NCBI RefSeq assembly: GCF_001194135.2
Contig: NC_068984.1
Span: 68,547,196 to 68,611,195, forward strand
DNA: 64,000 nt
Origin: Octopus bimaculoides
Taxonomy: Eukaryota
Direction: 5' to 3'
Both the position numbers and the translations under genes were made by a program. Shown here in pieces: positions 25,707 to 37,350 of the stretch. Position 1 is the stretch's first letter, and each line of letters begins with the position of its first letter. The notes under the pieces are model-generated. The model saw only the letters and a program-made list of their open reading frames with translations, was not told where the DNA came from and did no database searches.

Positions 25707-25880
25707 TACCATCAATTGGAAAATACTCTCACATGCACAGCTATGCCAAGGTAACAACGAACTCTGTCAACTTTATACTAATGAATCTTACCACATTCTA
25801 ACATCCATAGAGAAATTTCTGAACTGAAACTCAAAACTAATCTCTTCATTCAAGTAGTAAATCGTAAAAACACTAAATCA
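25707..25880 (+). mobile_element. Decayed Penelope-like element, GIY-YIG C-terminal region
   Basis: ITINWKILSHAQLCQGNNELCQLYTNESYHILTSIEKFLN*NSKLISS matches I.W.IL..A..Y.....C.LC..EK..IL.....LLN.R.ELIS. Confidence 0.6.
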
Positions 25881-26084
25881 CTTCAAGCCAATAATTTTTT
25901 TAATAACTAAACATGTTAATATCTCACCAACTCTCCTCTCTCATCTTACACCTTAAATTATCCCCATAATATGCATAAAAAAATCACTTTTACATCTTTA
26001 CACTAAACAAGTACTGTAGAAATTATCAATAAGTTTCCCTATTGCCAACCAATATCTGCACATAAAAATATATATTTGGTCCTT

Positions 26085-26285
26085 TGTGACTGGCCCTTGT
26101 GCTGGTGGCACGTAAAAGCACCCACTACACTCTCAGAGTGGTTGGCGTTAGGAAGGGCATCCAGTTGTAGAAACTCAGATTGGAGCCTGGTGCAGCTTTC
26201 TGGCTTTCCAGTCCTCAGTCAAATCGTCCAACCCATGCTAGCATGAAAAACGGACGTTAAGTGACGATGATGATAATGATGATGT
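26085..26285 (+). mobile_element. RTE-type 3' tail copy (family D), CpG-retaining
   Basis: GGTGGCACGTAAAAGCACCCACTACACTCTCAGAGTGGTTGGCGTTAGGAAGGGCATCC..AACGGACGTTAAGTGACGATGAT. Confidence 0.9.
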
Positions 26286-26889
26286 ATACAAGCAACTTGG
26301 AGACCCCTTTCTTTTTTATCTGTTTGTCCCATCTTTTTAAATATTGAGGTTTTAAATTTAGAAATTTTAAATCACTTTCTAAATTAAATTTTATTATCAT
26401 TCCTATTTTTATACATGAATCTATAGACACCTTTCATAATGCCCCACTTTTGCATATATTCAGTGGCCTAAAATAATATATTCTAAAATCCTAAAATTGA
26501 AACAGAATTGAAGAAATATTTATAAGCACAGCACACAAACATTACCTTCATAAAACATGAGAGTTAGAATTCTTCATATTAGTTAAATTGCTTATAGAAC
26601 ATTGAACACCTAGAGAGAAGCTTACAGACCAATAACCTTTACACATACCCACATCTTTTTGTGAACATCAAAGCACAACATAACAACACCATGACATACT
26701 TTATTAATAGCCCCTACCTTCTAGATAAATCAAGAAATACCCTAAATAACAAGAAGAATCAAACCAGTTAAAATATACCACCTACTCACATTCTTTTGTG
26801 AACCATAAAAAAATTCCAGTACAAAAAACATTGACATACCCAATTACTAAGGTTTTAAATACTTGGCTTTGTACCTTTGAACTTTAAAT

Positions 26890-27200
26890 TCTTGAAGCAA
26901 AGCATTAAATGAAATAAGACCAAAAATAACTAAAACTACTGATTTATCCTATAACTACCTACTTAAAGGGTACACATGTAAATATACACACCTGCTTTTA
27001 AAGATCTACAAACATGAATAAATACTAAGCAATGATAGAAACTCCAATTTAATCAATAAAAATTTCTCCAAAATACCTCTCCATAACAACCTGCCCTAAA
27101 ACCTTATTACCACTCTGCTCAAACCCACACACTCAAGGAAGATTTTTAAGTCAACAGAGACTGTATAGAATCCAAATTAACTTCAGTGCATCACAGTTTA
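26890..27200 (+). mobile_element. Possible decayed Jockey/I-like LINE, RT N-terminal region
   Basis: ALNEIRPKITKTTDLSYNYLLK..LLLKIYK and ITTLLKP.., loosely like AL....SPG.D.I.Y..LK....L..I.N and I.P..KP; C/A-rich strand. Confidence 0.3.
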
Positions 27201-27248
27201 ATTGGCTGAAATTTCAAGCTTACTGTCAATAATACTCTTGTCTCAGAA

Positions 27249-27296
<48 letters not shown>

Positions 27297-27864
27297 TTGT
27301 ACATAAACACACACACACACACATACATACTTACATACATATATGTATACATACATTCATATATACATACATACATATACATATATATGTATACATACAT
27401 TCATATATACATACATACATATATATGTATGTATGCATATATATAATTACATATATGTGTGTGTGTAAATATACATATATACATATTTGTGTATATACAT
27501 ACATAAATATTTATGTATGTGCATATATGTGTGTGTATATACACGTTTCTCTCTCTTTCTCCCTGTCTTTCTCTTTCTCTTAATATATACGCACACCCAC
27601 AATCACACACACACACACATATTACCGTGTTACTTGAACGAAGGGAAAACTGCCCAGAGGCTGGTGTTTTCTTCTCATATTGTATACATAATAATTATAA
27701 ACATCTTTCGTAAAAATTATGGTAGCATAATTCAATTATACCAAGAGCTGTTTATGCAATGAAGAAGATAGTAAGTTGGTACATTGCACACAAGACTCAC
27801 ATTGACTTGACAGAAGATTGGGTTGACCAAAAAACAGAAAAGGTAACAATTCAGCAGCAAAACT

Positions 27865-28082
27865 AGTAGTCGTTGTCATCATCGTCGTCGTTGTCATCAT
27901 TGTAATCAACATCATCATCATAATTGTCATCACCATCCTCATCAGTGATGGTGGAGATAGTAGTAGTAGAAGTTGTGGTGGTGGTAGTAGTAGTAGAAGT
28001 TGTGGTGGTGGTGGTAGTAGAAATAGTAGTATTAGTAGAAGTTGTGGTGGTGGTGGTAGTAGTAGTAGTAGAAGTTGTGGTG

Positions 28083-28128
<46 letters not shown>

Positions 28129-28180
28129 AAGTAGTAGTAGTAGTAGTAGTAGCAATAGTAGCAGCTGCAGCAGTAGTAGT
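27865..28180. repeat. Compound trinucleotide repeat with higher-order units
   Basis: (CAT/CGT)n switches to (GTA)nGAAGTT(GTG)n repeated three times, then pure (GTA)n. Source of the poly-V/L ORFs. Confidence 0.95.
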
Positions 28181-28479
28181 AGATATTTCAATCCGCCTTC
28201 GTGCTGAACAAAATAAAGTAAATCATGGCTTGTTTGTTTGTTTTTTTAATTTTTCCGTCTTGCAATGAATAGAAATTTTAAACTTTAAAATATTCATATT
28301 TCTGAAGTGATACAACTATGAAATATTTAATAAAACAAATGTCTTTGACAAGTGAGGAAGGATTTGGAAATAATAATTTTGCCAGTGAATTCTAATTAAT
28401 GATTGGAAGATGTTAATAAACTATGAAAAATTTCAGCTGCAATAGCAAATAGTATTATTTGCCAAAGAAGAGCAGTTAT

Positions 28480-28700
28480 TCTATTTCATTTTCGTCGTTA
28501 TGGTGAAGGACGTCGTGGGTTGTACACTATTGAAAGGTTTGAAGAACAAGGTCATTCCTGACAAAGTACACCTAAATTAATAATTGCAGGGACCAAATGC
28601 TGGAAGCGAAGGCAGAATGTGGTGCTGACCTCCAGTAAATTTCTTTTTTTATGAAAGGAGTTCAAAAATTGGCAAAACTGGCATGAACAAATTAGTCTTC
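28480..28700 (+). mobile_element. Possible mariner transposase C-terminal relic
   Basis: ..PDKVHLN....MWC*PPVNFF then FFMKGVQKLAKLA*, resembling SD.HLF...W...QP..FF..GI.KL..RW. Confidence 0.35.
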
Positions 28701-28718
28701 TCTGACTATATAGTAATA

Positions 28719-28881
28719 GCTCAAGAGTGGCTGCGTGGTAAATAGCTTGCTTACCACATGGTTCTGGGTTCAGTTCCACTGTATGGCACCTTGGGCAAAT
28801 GACTTCTGCTATAGCTTGGGGCCAACCAAAGCCTTGTGAGTGGATTTAATAGACGGAAACTGAAAGAAGCTTGTCACATAC

Positions 28882-28944
<63 letters not shown>

Positions 28945-29225
28945 TACACACGTCATAGTATTGTCCAATTGTCCATTTTTTGCTGTTTGTCCATGTGTGT
29001 GTATGTGTGTGGGTGTATTGTATGTGTGTGTGTTTGTGTGTCTGTCCCCCCAGCATCACTTGACTACCGATGCCGTAACTTCGCGGTTCAGCAAAATAGA
29101 CCGATAGAATAAGTACTAGGCTTACAAAGAATAAGGCCTGGAGTTGATTTGTTTGACTAAAGGCGGTGCTCCAGCATGGCTACAGTCAAATGACTGAAAC
29201 AAATAAAATAAAAAAAGAATAAAGA
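28719..29225 (+). mobile_element. Family B SINE, full length, with internal (TA)n
   Basis: Head GAGTGGCTGCGTGGTAAATAGCTTGCTTACCACATGG.. and tail GGCGGTGCTCCAGCATGGCTACAGTCAAATGACTGAAAC. Confidence 0.9.
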
Positions 29226-29236
29226 ATTAATGTGGT

Positions 29237-29290
<54 letters not shown>

Positions 29291-29589
29291 ACATTTTGAC
29301 TCCTGTTCCTGTTACCATTATCATCATCATCATTGTTGTCATTGTCATCATCATTATCGGCATCATCATTCATCGTTTTTGGTTCTTGGCTAAGTTCAGT
29401 CCAAGCTATTAGGAAGCTTCATAAAAATGATTTCCATAGTAACGAAAATCTAAAATATTGTGCTATTAATTCAAATAACGTTATGACTGGTGTATGTTTT
29501 TACTGTATATAATGTGTAACATATTCATAGAAATGAAAAAGTGCACATGCACGCACGCACACACACACAGACAAACAGCAAGAATGGAC

Positions 29590-29800
29590 AATACTCTGTC
29601 ATGTCCTAGGGCTCCAGTGGGTGGTTTCTATGGTGTATAAGAAACCGAGACCACAACATTTTCCTTGAATGGAATGCCAGTCAGTTGCAGAGTTTCTCAT
29701 TTGGAACTGAGTAAACTGGAATAACATGAAATGAAGTGTTTTGCTCAAGAATACAATACACTACCTAGTCTGGAAATCAAAACCATAATCTTGCAATAAT
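29590..29800 (-). mobile_element. Family C SINE, lacking the head
   Basis: GAATGCCAGTC..GAAATGAAGTGTTTTGCTCAAGAATACAA..GGAAATCAAAACCATAATC. Confidence 0.7.
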
Positions 29801-29824
29801 GTGTGCTACATCCTATTCATGTGT

Positions 29825-31860
29825 ATATATCATCATCATCATCATCATCATTCATCGTCTGTTTTCCATGCTAGCATGGGTTGGACGGTTCAGTCGGGGT
29901 CTGGGAAGCCAGGAGGCTGCACCAGGCTCCAGTCTGATCTGGCAGTGTTTCTACAGCTGGATGCCCTTCCTAACACCAACCACTCCATGTGTGTAGTGGG
30001 TGCTTTTTACATGCTACCAGCACAGGGGCCAGAGGAGGCTGGCAATGGCCACAATCGGTTGGTGCTTTTTACATGCCACTGGCACGGAAGCCAGTAAAGG
30101 TGGCGCTGGCATTGGCCAAGTTCAAATGGTGCTTTTTACGTGTCATGTATGCACACTCACATTACACATCCAGTGGAGCATACTAGCTTCATTTCTTTCA
30201 AGCCTACACTTGTCCTCAGTAGTCATGGCCCATGTTTCACTTCCATGTAGCATGGCTGTCCATGCACAGGCATCATACACTCTGAATGAGAGGCCCTTTG
30301 CTACAAGCAGAAGTAGGAGCTCTCTGAACTTTGCTCAGGCTATTCTTAATCTAGAAGCTACACTCTCAGAGCATTCACTGCTGCTACTGATTTGGTAACC
30401 TAGGTAATGGAAACTATCAACTATTCTAGTTTTTTCCCCTTGGCATGTGATGGATTCTGTTTTCTGTACATCTTTGGTGCTTATTGCACCTGTGCATCTG
30501 CCACACTATTTTATATATACTATATATTTTCCCAGTTAACCTTCCTTTGATATTGCTGCACCTCTTATGTGTCCATAGCTTACACTGGGTACATCATATG
30601 AAGTTTCTACCAATGCTTTTTCTACAGATTGAGCAGTGCTATCTACCCAAAGGGATTAGTGATTTGTTTACCTTCTTAGTTACTAGAACTTTGGCTTTTG
30701 CTAGATTAACTCTAAGGTCCTTCTAGAACTTGCTTCTACACCTGAAACTTCTCTAATTCTGATAATGACTCAGCTATTAGAGCAAGGTCATCAGCATAGA
30801 GGAGCTCCCAGGGGTAATCTATCTTGAATTCCTCTGTTATTGCTTGGAGGGCTATGATGTATAAGAGGGGGCTGAGGACTGATCCTTGGTGAACCCCTAC
30901 TTCTACCTGGAATTCTTCACTATACGCATTGCCAAACCTCACCTTACTGACAGCATCCCTGTACATGACTTCTACAGCTCTCACCAACCACTCATCTATT
31001 CCTAGTTTCTGTATTGAAAAAATACAAGATAAGGGATTGGGAGACCCTGTCAAAGGCTTTCTCTATGTCAATGAAAGACAGGTACAGAGGTTTATCCTTC
31101 TTTTCCATACTGGTCATCTTCTGGGCAGCCATTTAGCCCTGATCCTGATGTTACTAACTACTAGCCTATGTTATGGCGTGCATTCTTCACATGGGAATGT
31201 TTTGGCATTTATAAGTAGCTATCTTTCTCGCTTCCTGATAGACTGGTAGGTGAACAGGTGATTGGCAGGTTTCCTGAAGTTATAATTACAGATTATAAGA
31301 CCATTTGCAACTCAGAACTCCAGCAGCCTGGTTCCTCCTCATTGTGGGAACCAAATCTATTGTTACCATGCACACCATAGAAGCTCCCTGGATGTAGTCC
31401 ACATGCCTGTTGAAGCCCTCAGCCTCAAAGAGAAGGTTCCTGTCATTCATCAATGAGGTAGTCTGCAAGACGGTGTCATAAAATCGGTCTTTCTGTTCAT
31501 CAGGTAGCACTGGCTGAGGATATAGGCCGAGGTAATGGTTGCTGGTCCATGTTGCAGCACTAGGCTATGCTTAAGTGTTCTATCACAGACTGATTACTTT
31601 GATTACCTTATCGACCCATTTCTCCACAGGGAGTATACCTGCACCCTCAACCCTATCAGTGTTATCTACCCAGAACATCTTATATCTATGTTCTTTGCCT
31701 GTGAGGAACCTAGCAGAAGTTCCTCACTACCTTACTTCTTGGATGCAGCACAAATCTACATGTCTCCATTCAAGCATCTCCACAATCTTACCAGACCTAC
31801 CTTTCAATGTGCCAGCATTAAGTGTGACAACTCTGAGGGTATGGAAGGTTTGGGCCAGCG
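29825..31860 (-). mobile_element. Internally deleted RTE-clade LINE: APE endonuclease, partial RT, 3' UTR and (GAT)n tail
   Basis: Minus strand: RVVTLNAGTLKGRSG..DLCCIQEV..DEQKDRFYD (APE, about 31100-31850); GVHQGSVLSPLLY..LLYADDL (30736-31053); VDSFHYLG..LHGSETW (30150-30420); family D tail 29825-30150. Most of the APE-RT linker is missing. Confidence 0.92.
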
Positions 31861-31882
31861 AGACGCATATTTATATATACAT

Positions 31883-32283
31883 AGGCACAGGAGTGGCTGT
31901 GTAGTAAGTAGCTTGCTTACCAAACATGGTTTCAGGTTCAGTTCCACTGCTTGGCATCTTGGGCAAGTGTCTTCTACTATAGCCTCGGGCCAACCAAAGC
32001 CGTGTAAGTGGATTTGGTAGATGGAAACTGAAAGAAGCCCATTGTATATATATACATATATATATATATGCATATGTTTGTGTGCCTGTGCTTGTCCCCC
32101 CACATCATTTGACAACCGATGTTGGTGTGTTTACGTCCCCGTAACTTACCAGTTTAGCAAAAGAGACCGATAGAATAAGCACTAATCTTACAAAGAATAA
32201 GTCCTGGAGTCGATTTGTTCAACTAAAGCAGTGCCCCAGCATGGCCACAGTCAAACGACTGACACAGATAAAAGAATAAAAGA
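31883..32283 (+). mobile_element. Family B SINE, full length
   Basis: AGGCACAGGAGTGGCTGTGTAGTAAGTAGCTTGCTTACC..GCAGTGCCCCAGCATGGCCACAGTCAAACGACTGACAC. Confidence 0.9.
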
Positions 32284-32314
32284 ATATTTATATAGACATA
32301 TGTAAAAGAAGATA

Positions 32315-32540
32315 AATGTTTCCTTTGCGAGCCATACCAAGCTGATTAGGGCCACTTTCCTTGCTATCAGTGGTGTACATATTTGCAGGATTAATCATTT
32401 TTGCTAGCTGAGTGGATTGGAGCAACAGAAAAGGAAGTGTCTTGCTCAAAAACACAATGTATCACCTGGTCCAGGAATCAAAACCACAATCTTATGGTCA
32501 TGACTCCAGCACCCTAACAACTAAGCCATGTGCCTCCGCA
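32315..32540 (-). mobile_element. Family C SINE
   Basis: GCTAGCTGAGTGGATTGGAGCAAC..GTCTTGCTCAAAAACACAATG..CCCTAACAACTAAGCCATGTGCCTCC. Confidence 0.8.
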
Positions 32541-32597
32541 CACGCACACACACACACACACACACATACGCATTTATGTCTGAGTGTGTGTTTGTAT

Positions 32598-32679
<82 letters not shown>

Positions 32680-33037
32680 ATATATGTATAAGATTTTGAT
32701 TAATCCATGTGCTCAATCTTCACAGAAGTTAGGCACAAGCAATCAGCTTGACTCAGGAAAATTATTAACACTTAATTTTATTAGCCAACAGGGATATGAA
32801 ATTCAATAGTAAAACCACAGTGTGACTTCAACTTTGACTGCAGAGAAATAATACTAAATACTGGGTAAGTATTTTAGTCTGTCTACTTATTAATTCCTCT
32901 AATTCACTATCCTATATTTTACTCAATATTGGAATATACTTTGTTTCCCTACTTATTAATATCTGGTTTTAGCTCATTTTATTTGCTTCGAGTTCAGAAA
33001 TAATAAATATATATATGTGTATATAATACATACATGC

Positions 33038-33071
<34 letters not shown>

Positions 33072-33408
33072 ATGATATATGAAGCATTATAAATTATTTT
33101 ATACATTTATTCTGAGATTGTATCTGAAATTGGATGGAGAAATAGCTATTGTTAATTTATTAAATACGGTCTTTATTGAAGACACTCTCAATTCTTATTC
33201 ATATCTGTAGTTAACATCAATGCAATATGTGCAAATATACATAGATACATGCATTTATACACAGGTACAGACAGCCACACACACACTTATATACATATAT
33301 ATACATACATGTATAAAAGACATATATGTATATATGTATATATATATGCTTATATACATATATATATATGCATATTTATATATAAATATATATATATATA
33401 TATGTGTG

Positions 33409-33441
<33 letters not shown>

Positions 33442-35499
33442 GTATGTATGTACGTATGTATACACACATCAAATATTGTTATGAAAATATTTCCTGATTG
33501 GTGCTCTCATAAAATAAAACTCTTAATTTTCTTCATGTATTTAAAACAAATTTTGTCATTCATTTTTGCATTGTTGAATTTCAAACATTGATATTCTGGG
33601 AGTTTATATTTGTTACCTCAAGATGATACTTAAAAATATATTGAAAACATATCAAAGCAATCAATCTTGTTTAAGCAGTTCCATGAATTGCATGATCTTC
33701 TAAATAAATATTTGAGCTTGATATAGATTTTTCTCAAAATGATTAAGTTTAGCTGAAGACATTGTGTTTGCTTTCTTTTGACAGATATAATTTTATAGTA
33801 AATATGATTTTGAAAGTTTAAAAAAAAGAATTCCTCAAATAACATATCAATATATGTACATCGTGTGTAATATTCTGCAGGGTTTAATATATTTACACAG
33901 AATTGTTTATAATTAAATGACACACATACATACACACACACACACACACGTGTACACTCACACACAAATATATGCACATATATACACTTATATATTGGAA
34001 TATGTGACAAATTAAATATTGAAATCAAGGATAAGCATATAACATATATGAATTACTAACAATTAACTATTTATTAAAACTCATCCTAATTATCCATATT
34101 ATCTTAATTCATTGGCAAATATAAAAATTATTGGCAAATAACAATGAAGGATTTTCTCTTCTCTTTTCTGCAGTGATTAAAGAAAAAATATAAATAGGTT
34201 ATAGACCTTATACATTTTCACGAGAAAATTTATGATATTTAATGTTTTTACAAAGATCAAGTATCTCGGTAGGATTGTTTATGTATATCTCTTCAGTAAT
34301 TGTTCTGAATTTTTACATTTTGTTTAAATCCCACTTGAGATGAAGTTTGCTTTTTATCACTCCGAGATTAATAGGTAGCAGACAGGTATTTGGGTTAATA
34401 TAATTGACTTCCCCCCTTCAATTATCTTGTCTTGTGTCTCATTAGCAAGAAATCATTAACATCATTGATGTTGTTTTGCTGACTAGATACCTTACAGGAT
34501 ATTTGTTTTGGCAATTTACATGTCTTGCAAACAACTCGCACATGCAAGTGCTACCAGTTGAGAACTCTGCATACCGGAAGCCAGCAAGTGTATGGGGTCA
34601 TCAGGAGAGAATGTGCACCATTTCAGGGCCTACCTCTCGACGGCTCAATGCATACCGGCCCCCCTCAGTGATATGAGGCCCCACTTGCTAGATCAACTGG
34701 TTATTAAAACAAAGCTCAATATTTCTCTAGCCACCGCTCATCGTCTCTTTTTAACCAAATCCAGTGGCTAGCCTTCTCCACTGTATTTTGGATATCGGTC
34801 ATGGTGGTATTTACCTTATGATGAGTTAGGCCTAACGATAACAGCAGTCGTCTCATTCTAAGTTTAAATCATACAATTGTCTCTCACAGGGATCAAGCCA
34901 ATTAAGTTAATGGTGCTAGGTTGATAGAATCATTATGTACCAGAAAAAAAACGATGTTTTGAAGCATGTATTCCATGTGTTTACATTCTGAATTCAAATT
35001 CCACCAATGAAAACATGGTGTTACATCTCAGCAAGGTTACTCTCCGAAATTTCATCCTCGTGCTTTTGTTATAAAGAATTCATTTTAAAACCTGGCATAA
35101 CTGCGTGATTACAAAAATTCACTTTGCAATTACAGGCTTTTGAATTTATAGCTTTGGTTGATGGGTGACTGGATATTGTTTCAGGCTGCATATTTTTCGC
35201 AAATAAAACCAAGTTAACAGAAAATTTTTTATAGTGATTAACAACACCGTGCAAACGTTTGAACACAATTTATTGTGTTACATTAGTATGAAAAGATGCT
35301 CATGCTTTACAATCAATATATATAGAAGCAGTAAGGTGGAAATAGCATAATATGCCATGCAAGGAAAATGTCTGTTCAAGGTTTAACACATGGGCCAGCT
35401 TTTAACATATTAAGCAAATATTCAGATGACATGTCATGCCTTCTACATCCTTGATTGACTATGCAGCCATTAAAACAGCTATAGGGAATGTAATTCGAA

Positions 35500-36050
35500 G
35501 CTTGACTCATAATTGGCAAGAGTAGAGAACATCATACTAGCTTGGATGTCTGTGACACTCTGCGAAATTGGTGCTTAAATTTACAGCATTTATAGGCGTT
35601 TCTGATAGAAAGTTTCAGACAGTCTACCGAACTATCTTGTGAACAACAATCATTGATTGGATAAAGCCTCAGTTGTATACATAGTTGGATCATGATTGAA
35701 TTGATTTGAAATTTGTATGGGGCAAAATGTGGGATCCCATTCATGCTACAAATTCAAGTCTAATGATTATTACCTTGGGTTAGTGACTATCATTGGCACT
35801 TCAAGTGTATCAAAGCCTTGTCGATGTTATTTGATAGATGGTATCTGCATGGAAGTCTGTTAAATAACGGTTCCATTTTTGGATGCCAGACATAATGCAT
35901 CATTTAAATTAACACAACCAAGTAGCTCTCGAGTGCAAGTAACTAAGTCCATTCCATCGAAAACATTTAGGCCAAGTTTCTGGTCTGAGAACAAATGCTC
36001 CAATTCTTCATGCCAGTGTTGAACATATAGAATCATCAACAGTCAGTCTC
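35500..36050 (-). mobile_element. Decayed LINE RT fragment (CR1/L2/Crack-like)
   Basis: HLFSDQKLGL..DLVTC..LNDAL....RQGFDTLE ... IVR*TV*NFLSET resembles LSD.QYGF..DL..LD.SKAFD.V ... WI.NFLS.R; several stops. Confidence 0.4.
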
Positions 36051-36078
36051 TTTACCCTAGGGAAAAATACTCATAACC

Positions 36079-36463
36079 TTAACTCTAAAACCCGAACCCT
36101 AACCCTAAAACACTAAAGCTAAACCTAGTACCAACGCACGAACGATGTCATAAATAACAGTACCGCCGATAGTTATTGTTGAAAAACAACGGCACTAATT
36201 TTATTCAAGGGAAAAGATCCCATTACACAGCTAGAACATGTTTACATTCCACAGCAGTAATTGTTTCCACCTCAATAGACGCCAGTGATTGTTGAAATTG
36301 CCGAAATACGACAACTTTTAACATGAAATAACTTCGAATATAAAATTTTTTCTCTGTTCTATAAGACAAAATATACAAGTATACGAAGTTTTAAAGTGTT
36401 TCGATAGAAAACCCACTAAATAAAACATAAATAAAAAGTGGCGCCCGCCAAATCAGAAGGATC
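36079..36463. repeat. Interspersed element with (CCCTAA)-like tract; the 36260-36463 part recurs at 47012-47219
   Basis: AATAGACGCCAGTGATTGTTGAAATTGCCGAAATACGAC..TAAAACATAAATAAAAAGTGGCGCCC..GGATCC versus AATAGACGTCAGTGATTAGTAGAAATTATCGAAATAAGAC..TAAAACATAAATAAAAACTGGTGCCC..AGATCC. Confidence 0.8.
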
Positions 36464-36623
36464 CAAAAATTGTACAAAATGTATTAATGAATAATGAGTA
36501 AAGCACCGGTACAGTTTCGATTACCTGTTGTTATCCGTAGATTTACTGCAGGAACTTCGTAGTGACGGTTGGAGTAACAGTATTCATAATATAGGAGATG
36601 GAATGTGTAATAGACGTTATTGG

Positions 36624-36688
36624 GTACAACACACGTTTCGACCCGTTATAGGTGTCTTCAGGTACATCAATAAAAAGTCTCACTAGAT
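36624..36688 (-). ncRNA. PLE-type hammerhead motif, core/stem II junction damaged
   Basis: Minus strand GTAC-CTGAAGA-CACCTATAACGGGTC-GAAAC-GTGT-GTT-GTAC; homologous to 37287-37350. Confidence 0.55.
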
Positions 36689-36942
36689 ATTTATTGAGTC
36701 GGCTTACACACCGCTATATGTCCATGAAATTCGAGAATGAGTTTGATCCGAAAAAAATTATTGGAACACAAAAAATTCAAATATGAACGTGGAAAGTATA
36801 CTTTTTAGTTTATAGAAAATGACATAAGCTTTCGCTGTTGTAACTGTTAAGAGAAAGAAAAGGAAGTAGAAGTTGAAAGGAAGATAATACTTAGACGAAT
36901 TTTTTTTTGTGTTCGTGCTCAGACGCATATATACAAGTACAA

Positions 36943-36994
<52 letters not shown>

Positions 36995-37286
36995 TTATAC
37001 ACATATACATACGCGCTCACACACGCACATCCAAGTATATGGGCATATGCATACAACGAGATACACGCGCAGGAACTCGTATATGCAGGTGCATACGTCT
37101 AGATATTCATAATTATACGTACACAGCATAGATATATGCATAGATTCGTATGTAAAGCAAGATACACACGTCTGTGCAAAGCTTGACACACACACGTGTT
37201 AATATACTCGCATATACACATAAGTAAATGTATGTATATGTATACATACATACATATGTATACATATATACACACATGTATGCATC

Positions 37287-37350
37287 TCTAGTGAGACTTT
37301 TTCTTGATGTACCTGAAGAGACACAGAACGGGTCGAAACATGTGTTGACC
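37287..37350 (+). ncRNA. PLE-type hammerhead motif, stem I damaged
   Basis: GTAC-CTGAAGA-GAC(ACAGAACGG)GTC-GAAAC-ATGT-GTT-GACC. Confidence 0.6.

Noticed and set aside
27736-28268. Poly-Leu and poly-Val ORFs that look like membrane proteins
   Set aside because: They are translations of (GTA)/(GTG) microsatellites.
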